Counted from the first letter of the stretch, positions 26,288-40,671 are shown. The stretch: DNA of 64,000 bases from Eledone cirrhosa (GCA_964016885.1 OZ024743.1:124372001-124436000), one strand, 5' to 3'. Numbers and translations: made by a program. Notes: generated by a model not told the origin, from the sequence alone.

Positions 26288-27424
26288 TAAAAAAAGGATG
26301 AAGTTTCGTTTATATGTATTTAGTGTTTTATTGTGTATCGACCTGTTATGCGCATTTCGCAGAGAATTGGGGCAAGGTGACCCTTAAAAGTTATGGACCC
26401 AACTCCATTATCGATCTGCTCTTCAGACTGACGATCCAACAGGATTTGCCAGTAGGTCAGTTACAGTTTGCTTGGTTAATAATTTAATATCATTTTCAAT
26501 ATGATTCTTAATTTTAAAATTAAAATATTGTAGTAGTAACTAGTAGTTTGTGAAGGCACGTGGCTTAGTGGTTAGAGAGTTGGATTCGCAATCGTGAGGT
26601 TGCGAGTTCAATTCTCGGATCGGGTGATGTGTTGTGTCCTTGAACAAGACACTTTATTTCTCGTTGCTCCTTCTGCCAGGAGTTGCGACCGGTAGATAGT
26701 ATTCAGCAATGGAAACATTGTTTCCTTGGTCCAATTTTACGAGGTCCACCCCACTCGACAAGCGAATGAGGTTTGGGGTCTTGTCGATCGATCAGAGCGA
26801 GCAAATAGTAAGTAACCCCAATTATTATTTTTTTCTAGTTGGTAAACGTGCAGTCCTGAAACATTATGTAATTCTCTTCTTGTAGCCCAAACCGCAGACC
26901 CGATGCTGTTCAAAATACTGTGGAAATATACCTTGTCTCATGTTAACATACGGATACGGATTTGACTTGAAATTTACAATGATTTATTGCTAAATGAAAT
27001 GAAAGTGTCAACTATGTCTTTTCAGCTATACAGTATGTTACTAAATATAATTGTAGAAATTCATACATCACCAAGAGACATCACCAATAAAGTTATTACG
27101 CTCCATTGTTACAAACAATTTATATTCACTTCAAAAATTTATGACCAAATCATTCATGCATGATTTAATTAGCATCCAACCAGTCGTGAGAAAAAAGGAA
27201 AGAGAAATGTAGGATTTTTTTACAAGCTATTTTCTATCTCAACAATCTAGTATTAATTTACACAGGGCTACAATTGACGTTGTTATATAACTCTGGGTAA
27301 TTTCTTAGCGAACAGAAACATACACATACGCACACCTATACACACACACATACAGACTTACACTTACGCACACACACACACACACGCGCGCACACACACA
27401 CGCACACACATATATATATATTTA

Positions 27425-27835
27425 TCATCATCATCCGTCGGCCTCAGCCGAAATCTACTCAACTATTGATCTCCACATGGGTCTGTCGTTCATTGCCGCT
27501 GCCAAATCCTGGATTTCAATACCAGAATCTCTGGAGATGTCATCGGGATGGGAGAGAATGTACCCCCTGTTATTAGTGACTGCTTCTGGTTTCCAAAGCA
27601 CTAATGGGGAGACAACCACGTAGGTGGTACGATGACAGTGGCCAACAAATCTTACTCTCCTTTTACGTACAACAACAGATATATGTGGGAGGCTGGTATA
27701 TATTTCTTTGAAAGTCAGATGTCGCCAGCTTATGTTCTGAATGCGTCGAAGTAGGCGAGTGTAGGTGCCTTCAAGGCGCTTTTGTTGTTTGGATGATGAA
27801 AGCGCCCATGTTTCACTTCTATATAACAAGATTGG
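27425..27835 (-). mobile_element. RTE-clade LINE 3' fragment
   Basis: LYRSETWAL...LEGTYTRLLRRIQNISWRH...RRVRFVGHC...AMNDRPMWRSIV, then a (tga)n tail. Confidence 0.85.
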
Positions 27836-27855
27836 TCGGCGATTTTGGCTAGTTA

Positions 27856-27930
<75 letters not shown>

Positions 27931-28073
27931 CTATCTAACATTTAATATTCTATCATACTATTTCATTATAATACCATTATAAATTTTAAAGGATTGTAAA
28001 TAAAACGAGTAAATCAGACAAAGTTGGAATTCCTCTTATTAATATAATCTATACACAATCATACACACCCGTG

Positions 28074-28104
<31 letters not shown>

Positions 28105-28545
28105 TGTATGGTGGACAAGGTTGAAAGGGCTGAGGTCAAACACCTTTCTCTCCGGCCAACAACTGATTCTTTTTTTCAAATACCACTTTGGAAGAAGAAT
28201 CAGGATGGAGAGAGAGGTGCTGTACCCCAGCAAGTTTTATGAAAGGTGGGTGAAAGTGGCGAGAATGGCCCGAGTGAATGGGCCTTCTCTCTATATCAGC
28301 CTGTAGGTTGAGGAAAAGGAGGAGGAGAGGAAGGGAGTACAAACTCTTCGTACTCCTGGAGATGAGGGTTGCACATTTTTTTCGGGGGTATGTGTTACCC
28401 ATATAAACTGTCTCCCTCTATTGGGGAAAATCGACTAACTTTTTAAATTCCATCTGTGATAACATTTTACACGTTTTTATTGTATGTAAACTTCCCCCTT
28501 TGTATTTGTCCCCTTCTTTTGTGCCCCTGTGGCTAATAAAGAAAT
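28105..28545 (+). mobile_element. 3' fragment of a Tx1-like LINE related to 17400-20690
   Basis: VWWTRLKGLRSNTFLSGQQLILFFKYHFGRRIRMEREVL matches the end of ORF 19896-20450; a similar 3' UTR remnant lies at ~23830-23955. Confidence 0.8.
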
Positions 28546-28552
28546 ATATCTA

Positions 28553-28593
<41 letters not shown>

Positions 28594-28597
<4 letters not shown>

Positions 28598-28917
28598 TTG
28601 TCCCCCGGTACTCGCGGGGGTTACGTTCCTATAGCATCCGCGAAGAGTGAAAAACTGCGAATATTGGACGTGGTCCATAAAAATACCTATACATGTCAAA
28701 ATATAACGTATGCAAAGGGGCGTCCAATAGGCCGGCAAATACGGTATATTGTTATTTATAACTTAGCGTTAAAATATATATATATTACCACGAAAAAAGT
28801 CATTAAAAATCGTGGAATATATTTACGATTCCGCGATAATGTGGTGGTTTCCACGAACAATTATTAGTTAGGTTCAAAGAAAATTCGACGAATAACCAGG
28901 ACCGCGAATTCCAGAGG
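28594..28917. mobile_element. pogo/Tigger-like MITE in a TA tract
   Basis: TA|cagttgtcccccggtactcgcgggggttacgttcc start and a degenerate inverted end accgcgaattccagagg. Confidence 0.55.
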
Positions 28918-29039
28918 TTTATATATACATATATATAATTCAAAAACATTCCAGTAACAACCATCACATTTTAAGTGTATCTCCAACTACATTATCTAAT
29001 ACATCAGTTCTTTATTTAAACAGCAGCTGCAAACTATGC

Positions 29040-29150
<111 letters not shown>

Positions 29151-29498
29151 TTCGTACCCTCTTTCTCTTTCTCATTTTCTCTTTCTGCAGATCCGGATCA
29201 AGTAGAAACTTCTGATAAGCTGGTGTGACTGACGAATCGAGTCCAAGTTTTCTTCCCACCCGTCCTGCAGAAGACATGTTTGCGTTTAATCAAGGTATCT
29301 ATTTGCACAGCTTGTCTAAATGTAAATTTATTTACAAACGCAGCCAAGCACAAACACGCTGTCACAGTACTTTAGTTTATATATCTATATTATGTATGTA
29401 CATTTCTCCCTCTCTCACTCTTTTGTCACTCTATCTATCTCCCTCCATATACATATCTGTGTGCGTGTGTGAGAGAGAGAGAGGGGGGGGAGAGAGAG

Positions 29499-29538
<40 letters not shown>

Positions 29539-31980
29539 TGAAAGAGTGTGTACATGCGTGTGTATGTGCAAATAATCCATATGCACACACATATTGAGTC
29601 GTCAATATGAAATTTGTATAAATTAGTTTTTTTTTTCTACAAATTTCATACTTGACGACCCAATAGATAAGAACTCCTTCTAATGGTGTTTAAAATCTGA
29701 AAACAATAAGCAAAGGAGAAAACTGCAATAATATCGGTACAGTGAACAGTTTGAACTCATAGACAATGCAGATTGTTTTCACAATTAGTAGATAAAAACT
29801 AATTCTAAAGGTTAGTTAATGTTTCTACGTTTGGCACAAGGCCAACAATTACCCCAGTGTATTACTGGTGCTTTATTTTGTCGACCCCGTAAGGATGAAA
29901 GGCAAAGTTAAACTCGGGGGGATTTGAACTCAGAACGTAAAGGGCAATAACTCTATGTCTGACGCTCTACCGATACTGCAAAAGGTTAACTAAATACATT
30001 TAATAGGGCAGAAACCTACCAATTACTATCGCTTTAAGATGAAACGCACTTCCACATATTTTCTATATTAAAAACAAATTCTACCAAGAGATTCTATTTG
30101 CGTTATCTCTTTTAACTTATTGCTTTTAGAGTTTCAGCACCAATAGAAAGAGTTTTATGTTTAAGGATTCCACAAAGTGAAAAGGAACTAAGGGCCTGAA
30201 TCTGGATAATTCAGGTAGAAGGTGATGTACTGAATGACGTAAGAATAATTCTTACACAATTCTTACACAATTGAAATTTACCTCTTAGTTGAAGATAGAA
30301 AACATAAAGCAAGGAAGAAAAATTAACGACTTTCAAAGAAAAGAACGTATAATCTCAAGAAATTAAAAATTTCCCAAATAATTGAATTTTCAGGCTGATT
30401 TTTGTGGACGAGATTATCTTGGGATAAATTTCGACGTTATGGAACCTCATCAGCAAAACATATTGTACTGAATACTGCTTTGATCAGTTAAAAGATGTTT
30501 TTACACGGAAAGTACTGAATGAGTTGTAATACAAATACTACACTTTCAAGCGTCTGACACTGTTTATAATGTCCAGTAGTTGCTTGAGTTCCATTCATTC
30601 ATGACTGGGATGTAAAAGTAAATCTAACAAAAACAGTTTAGAAATCTTTCTTTTGTCTTTTTTACTTTTTCGTCAGGAAGAGAAGGACAGTGCTCATAAC
30701 GGTTTTAAGGGCCTCCAAGACAAGTGGAAGTTAGGAAGGAAGATATCCTCAAAATGGAGACCTGGTCCGAATTAATCCAACCACTTATGTACACCACGGC
30801 ACGAGTTGAATTCAGAATCCAAAAGGTCGGAACTATCTTATCTGACGCTCAAATAATTTCACCAGCCCACCGCCCTAAACTGATATTTTTATTTATCAAC
30901 ACAGAAGGCAAAGTCAACTTCGGCGGAATTTGAACTCAGAACGCAATGAGTTGAAATAAATATCCTAATGCCAATGCCATTTCGTTGCCTTATGGTTTTC
31001 CTTGTTTGCCATGGAAGCAGACACGTAACAACGATATTGGCGGCCGCTTGTTTAGACATAGAAATGTCGACACGCCTCAATAACTATTTACAATGAAATG
31101 TTAAAGCGACGTTTATTTATGATTTATGCAGCTTTTTTTTCTTTACTCTGGTGCATGATCCTACTTCGTTTGTATTGTAATTTTCTTTGTGATGTAACAA
31201 AGATATGAAATGTTAATTGCTCACTCCCATAAAAAAAAGAAAAGACACACAGACAGGCTTTCCGGGTGCTTTAGTAATTAATATCTATCATTAGCGCAAG
31301 GCTTCGGATCGGGGGAATCGAATAGTCAATTAAAGTCGACACTGGAGGGATTTCAAACCAAGACGTAAAGGCTGTAACTAAATACGTCACGGTATTTTAT
31401 CATACGCTCCTCTATCTCTGTCATTAAATAGGTTAAAGTACTGAACAACATTTGATATCACTCAAAAAGGAAGTATCTGTGTAAGTGCTTGATCTGAGAG
31501 AAATAGCAGCCAAATGTTCCTCAAATCCCACTCCACCGTTTTAAAAAGAAAGGAGTTAAATTAAAAGGCAGTCGGTAAGGTCACGGGATAATCAAGAGCT
31601 GATGAAGTGGCTCTAACACGGGTATTTGAGATGTTAGAAATAGTAGCCGAATCATAATCATGTTGAAATCGCATCTTATCGTCATAAATAGACAAATAGA
31701 TAAATTAGGCAAATAGTGTATGAAAAAATGAGACGGATACAGCTGGAATGCTTCTGATCTTAAGATCTGCTCGATCAAAGCTGACAAAAAGACAAAACAA
31801 GAACAACAACAACAGCAACAACATCAACAACAACAACAACAACAATTGCAGAAACATTCTTGGTTATCAAGCACAGTGTGCAGTCTTTTGACAGCGGCGA
31901 TGTTTTTAGTGAATGGTGCGATAACTTTGATAATAAGGATATTGATTACTTTCGTTCATGTTAACAATACCCATGAACAT

Positions 31981-32065
<85 letters not shown>

Positions 32066-32075
32066 CACACACACA

Positions 32076-32127
<52 letters not shown>

Positions 32128-32344
32128 CACCCTCTCTCATATCTAATGCATACACATAGACAGATCTATATCTACAATAAGATGTCCCTAGTATTATAAT
32201 ATTCAAACACTTTAAACCGAATACTTACTAATTCACTATAACTATGAGCATATGGCATCTGCAATTCAGTCGGGAACTAGCTGTTCAATCGGGGGCAACC
32301 ACAGTAAGTAAGGTACTCAATACATAGCAGAGTATAAATAATTA

Positions 32345-32447
32345 ATATAGAAATGACTTCTACAGGACTAGAATTGTTTCATCAGGACTTTCTCGATGAT
32401 TTCATTCGAATGAAACAGTTCTAGTCCTGTAGAAGCCATTTCTATAT
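32345..32447. repeat. Short fold-back insert with a decayed HHR-like centre
   Basis: atatagaaatg.cttctacaggactagaa.tgtttcat is inverted at 32409-32447; caggact/agtcctg stem flanks cgatga...GAAA. Confidence 0.6.
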
Positions 32448-32461
32448 TATATATATATATA

Positions 32462-33106
32462 GTTATGTAATAAACAACATAAGATAATCATTTCAGTTAC
32501 CAGTGGTTTCTTGAAAGCAGATATATCTGTTTTCAGTCGTCAGAATGAATAAAACATGGTGTTTTTATTAAATATGGATTTGAAAACAAAATATAAGAAA
32601 TATGAAAGTGAGGCTGAGGAAACAACGGGCGAAGAAGAAAAAGAAAAAAAGAAAAAAGAAAAATACATATGTATATATAAAAACAATAAATATATAAACA
32701 TACACACACTCAACCACGCGCATATACTTAAAAAGTACGTAGACGTATACTTTGTCACATAAGCGTATATGCATCTACAGGCATGGACAAAATAGATACG
32801 CATACATATACATGAAGTAATAAGAATAATTAAATGAATGAATAAGAACAAAAAATATAAAGTAAAAAATTAAAAATAAAAGATACGTGTTGACAACGAT
32901 AAGTGAGATGAGGGGGGAAAATAAAAACAATTAAAAATAAACAAATACACAAGGTGTGCATATACATAAATATATATGTATATAAAATATATATACACAT
33001 TTATATATATATATGTATACACACATACATACACGCGCACACACACACACAAAACATGCACAAATACTCATACACACGTATAAAAACACATACACAAATG
33101 TATGTG

Positions 33107-33160
<54 letters not shown>
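32462..33160 (-). mobile_element. HHR-bearing pLTR-like repeat, inverted partner of 36610-37385
   Basis: Highly similar reverse complement of 36610-37385 (mirrored ORFs 32540-32851 and 37001-37354). Confidence 0.85.
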
Positions 33161-33166
<6 letters not shown>

Positions 33167-34000
33167 CGATATTAATAAATGGAAACTATATTTACAAAAC
33201 CATATTTATTTCATTATACATATTTCAGGGATACCAAATTAAATTATGGTACGCCTTCATCAGACAAAATACAATATATAACAGTTTTACAAATAAGCTT
33301 TGACGTACCCTTTTAAAATGCAATCATTATTTTTGGAAGCCGTCTGGATAGTGAGTTGTTTATATTATTTTAATAAGTCATAGTGTTAAGGACAATTAGA
33401 AAAAGACGGAGAGAAAGAAAAAGACGGAGAGAGAGAAAGAAAAAACGTGGAGAAATATCGGAGAGAGGGAAATGCATGGAGAAAAAAGAAAGAGATAAAT
33501 AAAGACAGGAGGAAAGAAAGAAAAAAGAAAAAAGGAAGAAATAAGAAAAACAGAGGAAAGCAACAGAGAGATATTAAGTCATCAGACAGATAGAAAAACT
33601 CAAGAGAGAGAAATATTATATAGAGAGAGGGGGAGATAATGAAAACTTTACGTCATGTCATATTAAGTTGAGTTAACAATTTATATGAAATGAATAATAA
33701 AAATATAAATATTAATATTCATGAATGGGACATAAATATATACGTGCGCGCACTCGCACGTAATAAGAAAACAACACACGCATACAAAACCTTACGTAAG
33801 ACTATACAGACAAAAACAAAAGCATATATACAACCGCATACACACAACTATATGCGTAAACACATACATAGAACCATATATAAGTATAATATAAACATAA
33901 ATAAACTCACACACATAAATATATATATACATACAAACGCATACACACACACATACAAATACATACACATGCATTTATATATATATATATATATATATTC

Positions 34001-34034
<34 letters not shown>

Positions 34035-34080
34035 GCATATATATATATATACACACACATATATACACATATACATACGT

Positions 34081-34144
<64 letters not shown>

Positions 34145-34230
34145 AAACGTAATATATATATGTATATATATAAACGTAATCTTGGTATGTGTATATGCAT
34201 TTTTTCTTATAACTTTAATTTTATACCTAA

Positions 34231-35181
34231 CTAGCAGTAAAGCCCGGCGTTGCTCGGGGTCGCTCAGTAGCTGTGTTAAAGTTACAATGTTAAGTTTCTT
34301 TTTTGGCTTAAAAACTGTAGTGTCTACTGTGCAGACTTGCATGTGGTGTTTTTGATTAATATTCCCTCAACCAACAATATGCCTTATGAAGTTAAGAAAA
34401 CATAACGATAACCCGAATGTTATAACAAAAGAGGATGCTGGGGATAGAAACTGCACTGGTTATTTATTAACAAAGATCGAAAATGTAAACACTGCAACGC
34501 AAAGAAAAACATTAGCGTAACCAAATTATCAGTTATGTCTGTCTGCACGCCTATATCACCTCTCTGCACGACTGTCTGTCTGCACGCCTATATCACCTCT
34601 CTGCACGACTGTCTGTCTGCACGCCTATATCACCTCTCTGCACGACTGTCTGTCTGCACGCCTATATCACCTCTCTGCACGACTGTCTGTCTGCACGCGT
34701 ATATCACCTCTCTGCACGACTGTCTGTCTGCACGACTGTCTGTCTGCACGCCTAACGACGAAATATTTGCTTGTTTTACGTAGTCTTTAAATAGACTTGT
34801 TTTCAAGTAAAAATATTGTTTTAAAATGCTTTTAAATGGAAATGAAGCAAAACGGAAGCTTAGTGTTCGAACTGATGAATTTTGCAGGTCAATATTTTGC
34901 TGGCTCGACAACTGTTAAAGCCAGCGTAATTTTTTACGTAAGACGCTCAATGTAAACAGAACAAAGGGAAATAACTGATAACTTACGCTCAAAAATCGAT
35001 ACAATATATTCGATTTCGTCACATAGGGTGGGTCAATTTGAAATATTTTTTTTCCGATATCTTCGCTAGGGCTCAATGTACAAGTATAGCAATTTCGGTG
35101 CAATTCCGTGAGAGATTCTAAGAGGAGATGTGTGCCAAAAATCGATAGACAGACAGACAACCACAGTTTTATATATATAGA
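34231..35181 (-). mobile_element. Non-autonomous Helitron with internal 37-bp tandem repeat
   Basis: Minus strand starts TC and ends CTAG with a subterminal hairpin cccgagcaacgccggg; inserted A|T without TSD; empty-site homologue at ~21295-21330. Confidence 0.85.
34537..34752 (+). repeat. 37-bp minisatellite (tgtctgtctgcacgcctatatcacctctctgcacgac), about 5.5 copies
   Basis: Direct tandem units visible. Confidence 0.9.
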
Positions 35182-35419
35182 TTATGTATGGTTGACGACA
35201 TATTTAATCGATTTCCACGTGCTATTGAAATGGTGGGTAAATATTCTATAGCTGTTGATCGCGAATAGATGGCTGTCGTTTATTTATCTATTATTTCTTC
35301 ACAGGTGCCTTTTAATCTTCTAGCCTGGTTTAATTGTTTTTTTGTGTGGTTGATTATGCTAATTGGGAGAGGAAATGGAGTATATATCTTATCAAATGAT
35401 TCTATGGACATAATTTATA

Positions 35420-35449
<30 letters not shown>

Positions 35450-35454
<5 letters not shown>

Positions 35455-35566
35455 AAAAAGTATAACCCCGACGACAGAGCTCAAGCCGTTTCGACGGCTA
35501 TTTCTGAGTCCAGAAATAGCCGTCGAAAGGGCTTGAGCTCTGCTGTCGGCGTCATACTTTTTCCTA
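35450..35566. repeat. ~115-bp near-perfect hairpin adjacent to (TA)n
   Basis: taggaaaaagtat..gagctcaagcc.tttcgacggctatttctg/agtc/cagaaatagccgtcgaaa.ggcttgagctc..atactttttccta. Confidence 0.85.
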
Positions 35567-36148
35567 TTTCCCACTCTACTACCCTAAGTATTGAGTACTC
35601 TGGTTCGTTATGATCCATCTGGTTCCTTACCACAATTCCTTTATATATATATACATATACATACACGCACACATACAAACATACACACATACACGTACAA
35701 ATAAATAATCAAAATACTATAAATGTATGTACACATGAACCTGTCTGCAAATGCGCCCGTACACAGCCTATGTGAGAATATAAAAACCTAGTGGGTAAGT
35801 AAGGACAAAAGGGGAGTAAAATTGAAATAATAAACACAATTATTAAGAATAGGTAAGGGAAAATAGTGTTGTAAAAGGTTTGCGATGAGATCTGGATAAG
35901 TGTATCTGGTTAAAGAGTGAACTGAGTAAAGGATAAAGGTGGTGAGTGTGTATGTGTAAAGGGTAAGGTAGAAAGTAGGGGGGATTATAAGTCAACTGAA
36001 AAAATTTTTAAATAATAGGAAAAAAATAATAAATATAAAGAGATATAGAAGGAGATGAGGGAGAAAAAGTATATATGGGTAAGAAGTATGAGTTCTTAGG
36101 GTAATAATATTCGTGGTGAGTGGAAGACGTAATGAGTAAAGAAGAAGC

Positions 36149-36440
36149 TCAAGGTGGTTGAGTCATCGTAGGAATGTCAATCCAGTTAAAAAGAAGATGC
36201 GATTTCAGATGTGGACAACATCTGAAGATCTCAGTCTTGGAGTTGAGGCAAATGGAAGGGGCTTTCAAGTTTAGGAGAATTCTAAATTTTTTCCGTGGTG
36301 CCAAAGAACATTTCTTTGTGCCCCTTTGGTATTCTCTTGAATGGTCTAAAATAGAGCAATCAATAGTGTACGGAATGTGTTTGTCTTTGAATTCCCACAC
36401 TTTATTTGCAAGCGCCGTTGCTGTCTTTTTTCAGGGTGTT
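36149..36440 (-). mobile_element. Penelope-like GIY-YIG C-terminal fragment
   Basis: TALANKVWEFKDKHIPYTIDCSIL...YQRGTKKCSL...LNSKTEIFRCCPH is homologous to the end of ORF 39350-39841. Confidence 0.75.
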
Positions 36441-36554
36441 TAAAAGAAGCGACATGTGCATAATACCTGGTATGTGTATGTGTGTATGTGTATGTGTGTA
36501 TGTGTATGTGGATATGTACGTATGTTTATTTTATATTTTATATTTTTATATTTT

Positions 36555-36643
<89 letters not shown>

Positions 36644-37298
36644 ATATATACATACATTTGCGTATGTGTTTTTATACGTGTGTATGTGTATTTGTGCATG
36701 TTTTTTTGTGTGTGTGTGCGTGTGTATGTATGTGTGTATACATATATATTATGTCAGGTCACCAGTTGGTGCTACTGGTAACATGTATCCCAGTACAACC
36801 TGTCTCATGGTCGGGTCGTTGGCGACTAAACTGGCAACCCCGCCAATATATATATGTATATATATTTTATATACATATATATTTCTGTATATGCACACCT
36901 TGTGTATTTGTTTATTTTTAATTGTTTTTATTTTCCCCCCTCCTCTCACTTATCGTTGTCAACATGTATCTTTTATTTTTAATTTTTTACTTTATATTTT
37001 TTGTTCTTATTCATTTATTTATTTATTCTTATTACTTCATGTATATGTATGTGTATGTATTTTGTCCATGCCTGTAGATGCATATACGCTTATGTGACAA
37101 AGTATACGTCTACGTACTTTTTAAGTATATGCGCGTGGTTGAGTGTGTGTACGTTTATATATTTATTGTTTTTATATATACATATGTATTTTTCTTTTTT
37201 TATTTTTCTTCTTCGCCCGTTGTTTCCTCAGCCTCACTTTCATATTTCTTATATTTTGTTTTCAAATCCATATTTAATAAAAAAACACCATGTTTTAT

Positions 37299-37354
37299 TC
37301 ATTCTGACGACTGAAAACAGATATATCTGCTTTCAAGAAACCACTGGTAAATGA
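37299..37354 (+). ncRNA. Type I hammerhead ribozyme
   Basis: Stem I tcatt/aatga, CTGACGA, long stem II (tgaaa.cagata/tatctg.tttca), GAAA, stem III acc-act-ggt, GUA cleavage after 37349. Confidence 0.8.
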
Positions 37355-37448
37355 AATAATTATCTTATGTTGTTTATTACATAACTAATAAGCTCTGTAG
37401 CCTACATAGAGCACTCTTTCTCCTGTACCTTTCCGACGGAATTACTTC

Positions 37449-37648
<200 letters not shown>

Positions 37649-37696
37649 ATATGCATACTTGCATAAACACACACACACACACACACACCCATATAA

Positions 37697-37727
<31 letters not shown>

Positions 37728-38384
37728 TGTATGTATGTATGTATGTATATAAACATACACAATAAATCAACGTCTAATAAGCCGATAATTATTTTTAGAT
37801 CTATTGTCGATATTGAAAAAAAATATATATATATATAAGTCTGTTTTCCTCATAGCTGATTTATTCACGCCATCTAATTGCTTTCGAAGCAGTTAGATGG
37901 GAAGTGAAATGTGAAGTCATCGTAGTCGTCGTCTTTAGAGACAGTAAGATGAAAGAATCATTAATCTGGCAATTGACTTAATTTTCTTTTCTTACATCAT
38001 ATTATCTAGTTTAGCTATAAATATCCCCTTATTATTGACGTTATAACATTGGTTTTTCAGTCTTCTCGCTGTCATGACTCCTGTCAGAAATTGTTAGCAA
38101 CTTGTGGCGTTGAAACGGTCTTTCATATGTATGTAATAATCCCTCCAATGACCCTCCCAAGTCTCTATCCCTATCCAGAGACATTGACAGGGCCACTAAC
38201 TCTCTACTAGCGTCCATAATCCATCCAAGGACCCTCCCAAGCCTCCATTACTATCCAGAGACACTAACTCTCTTCCAACATCCATAATTCTTCCCATTTC
38301 CACCCACGTCTCTACTAGAGACTACGGTATTTTCCCATTGCTGCAAGGTCTCTAACAGTAACCATAGCCCCCTTCAGTCCCTTC

Positions 38385-40640
38385 CAGACCATTCTATTAA
38401 GTTCGATAACTGCTACTGGGAACGTAAGGACAGACCCACAAATTTCGATATTACCATGGGTTCCAACGACTCGGCGGAGGTCACGGATCTCGTGGGAATT
38501 TACATAGCCCACATATTACATAGTAAATTTAGTAATCTACAGGGGGGGGGATATACAGAGATGACGGGCTCTTATTAGTTAATAACTTGAATAACCAAAA
38601 TCTTGAAAGGCTACGGAAAAATATTAAAAAATCTTTTAGTGAACTGGGTCTAAAAATAACATACGAATACAATCTTAAAGTAGTAAACTTTCTGGACGTA
38701 ACTCTTAATTTAAATACCGGACAGATACGACCCTTCCACAAGGTAAATGAGAACCTTACGTATATTAACTTTAACTCTAACCACCCACTCTCCATGATCA
38801 AATCAGTTCCCCGGAGTATTTCTCTTAGAATCTCTCGCCTATCGTCTAACTCTGATATTTTTAGTGAACATGCTGAATACTACAATAATGCATTAAGGAA
38901 TGCTGACCACCGGGATACAATAGAATACATCGATAGGAATTTCCACAACACACATAGCTCTACACGTAATCAAGGTATACGTAACCGGAGGACTAAAACA
39001 CAAGCACACACACACAGTACTACCAGACATACTAATAATAGAAGATCACCACCAAATAAATCACGTTGTAGAAAGTATATCTGGTACAATCCTATTTTTA
39101 ATGCCGCGATTAGTACAAAACTATCTCTTTCATTCTTTAAATTAATCAATAAACACTTCCCTAGTTCCCATAAGTACAGCAAAATTCTGAACTCTAAAAC
39201 TATTAGACTATCATACTCCACGGCACCAAACCTTGAAGCATACATAAAAAAACTTAAGGCAATTAAACAACTCTACAAAACAAAACATTTTAGTAACAGA
39301 TGGGCAGAACGCAATATCTGCCTCCCAACCACTAAATGGGAGACGGGTATTGCACAACCCACCTGTACCGCTATCACAACCTATCCATGGTATACCCGCT
39401 ACCCACAACAAAGAATGTAACTGCCATCTACCTGAAAGATGTCCATTGCAGAATGAATGCCTAAAGTCCAACATTGTTTACCAATGCACGGTTGAATCGA
39501 ACGACCAGAAATGGTATTATATCGGATCTACCACCACATCGTTTAAATCTCGCTGGTACCGTCATCGATTCTCAATCAAACATCCGAATCACCGTTTTGT
39601 GACCACGCTCGCCAACAAGACCTGGCAACTCCGTGAACACAACCAACAGTTCACCTTAAAATGGGATATACTTTCCAGCGCAAGTGCATATCGGAGTGGA
39701 TGGAAGTACTGCAGGTTATGTAACCTTGAGCTATTTTACATATTAAAATCCCAAAACAAACTACTTAACGATAGAATTGAACGATCATTATACTGCAACC
39801 ACAAACTAAAAGCTAAATTCTCTCACTATAAAATAACTTAACATTCGAACCCGTAACTATAACACCACTTTCTAGCTAACAACCTTCTCTTCCCCCCAAA
39901 CTACAAGACAATACACTGCTTATCACTATACATGGTAACTCAGTACAATTCCTAGATTACTACTACAAATCCAAAAGTTCACTCACCACATACTTTATCT
40001 GTCCCCTCTCTACCTATATCTCTCTCTACATCCATTACACTCTTTCTCTCTCACCTTTGACCTACCTCCCTCTCAACATCTATGAACCTGCCCTCTGGGC
40101 AATAAATAATTCCGACCTTAACTATCAACGCATCTCTCCAATAGTAACCAGTATAATAAAACCCCTACCATAACATTTTGATTAAGATATCTACAAGCCA
40201 CTCTCTCCTACTTCTCCAACCCCTGCATATCTTTCCTTCTCTCTCCCTCTTCCCTACTTTTCTCTCTTCCTGTTCCACTCTATCTTCCCCAACAACCCCA
40301 GTTAAGGGTTTTTACATTGTACATTTTCCATTCTGCTCTGAGGAAACAGTGGTCACAGCATTGGATATTCGAGTTCTGCAAGTACTTGTGAATTTGCACG
40401 TAGCGGAACTAGGCTGCAGTACCACCGTGGAAACACTTGTAAGCACACGGAATAAATTAACTTTTTATGATGTCTACCTGTTATTATTCATTCTTTATAT
40501 ACACTCCGGAATACAGAAGGATCAGGAACTAAGTTTCTTGAACAATTCTTCCATAACTTGTAGAGTAACCTCTTACCGTACGTCAACCATATCCAGTGTA
40601 GTAATTAACCATTACTACATCTTGGATAATCCTATACCTA
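38385..40640 (+). mobile_element. 5'-truncated Penelope-like element: RT C-terminal half, GIY-YIG endonuclease (frameshifted) and 3' pLTR ending in (TA)n
   Basis: FDITMGSNDSAEVTDLVGIY, IYRDDGL, VNFLDVTLNL, YINFNSNHP, IWYNPIF, CNC..CPLQNECLKSNIVYQC, YIGSTTTSFKSRWYRH, CRLCNLE. Confidence 0.92.
40334..40445 (+). ncRNA. Type I hammerhead ribozyme with a very long stem II insertion (Penelope pLTR)
   Basis: Stem I tgct/agca, CTGAGGA, ~85-nt stem II region (ac.gtggt/accac.gt), GAAA, ac-actt-gt stem III, GUA cleavage after 40441. Confidence 0.65.

Positions 40641-40671
<31 letters not shown>

Noticed and set aside
29593-29666. Hairpin tattg.gtcgtcaa.atgaaatttgta / tacaaatttcata.ttgacgac.caata
   Set aside because: Probably collapsed DNA-transposon termini; no ribozyme core and not enough evidence to classify
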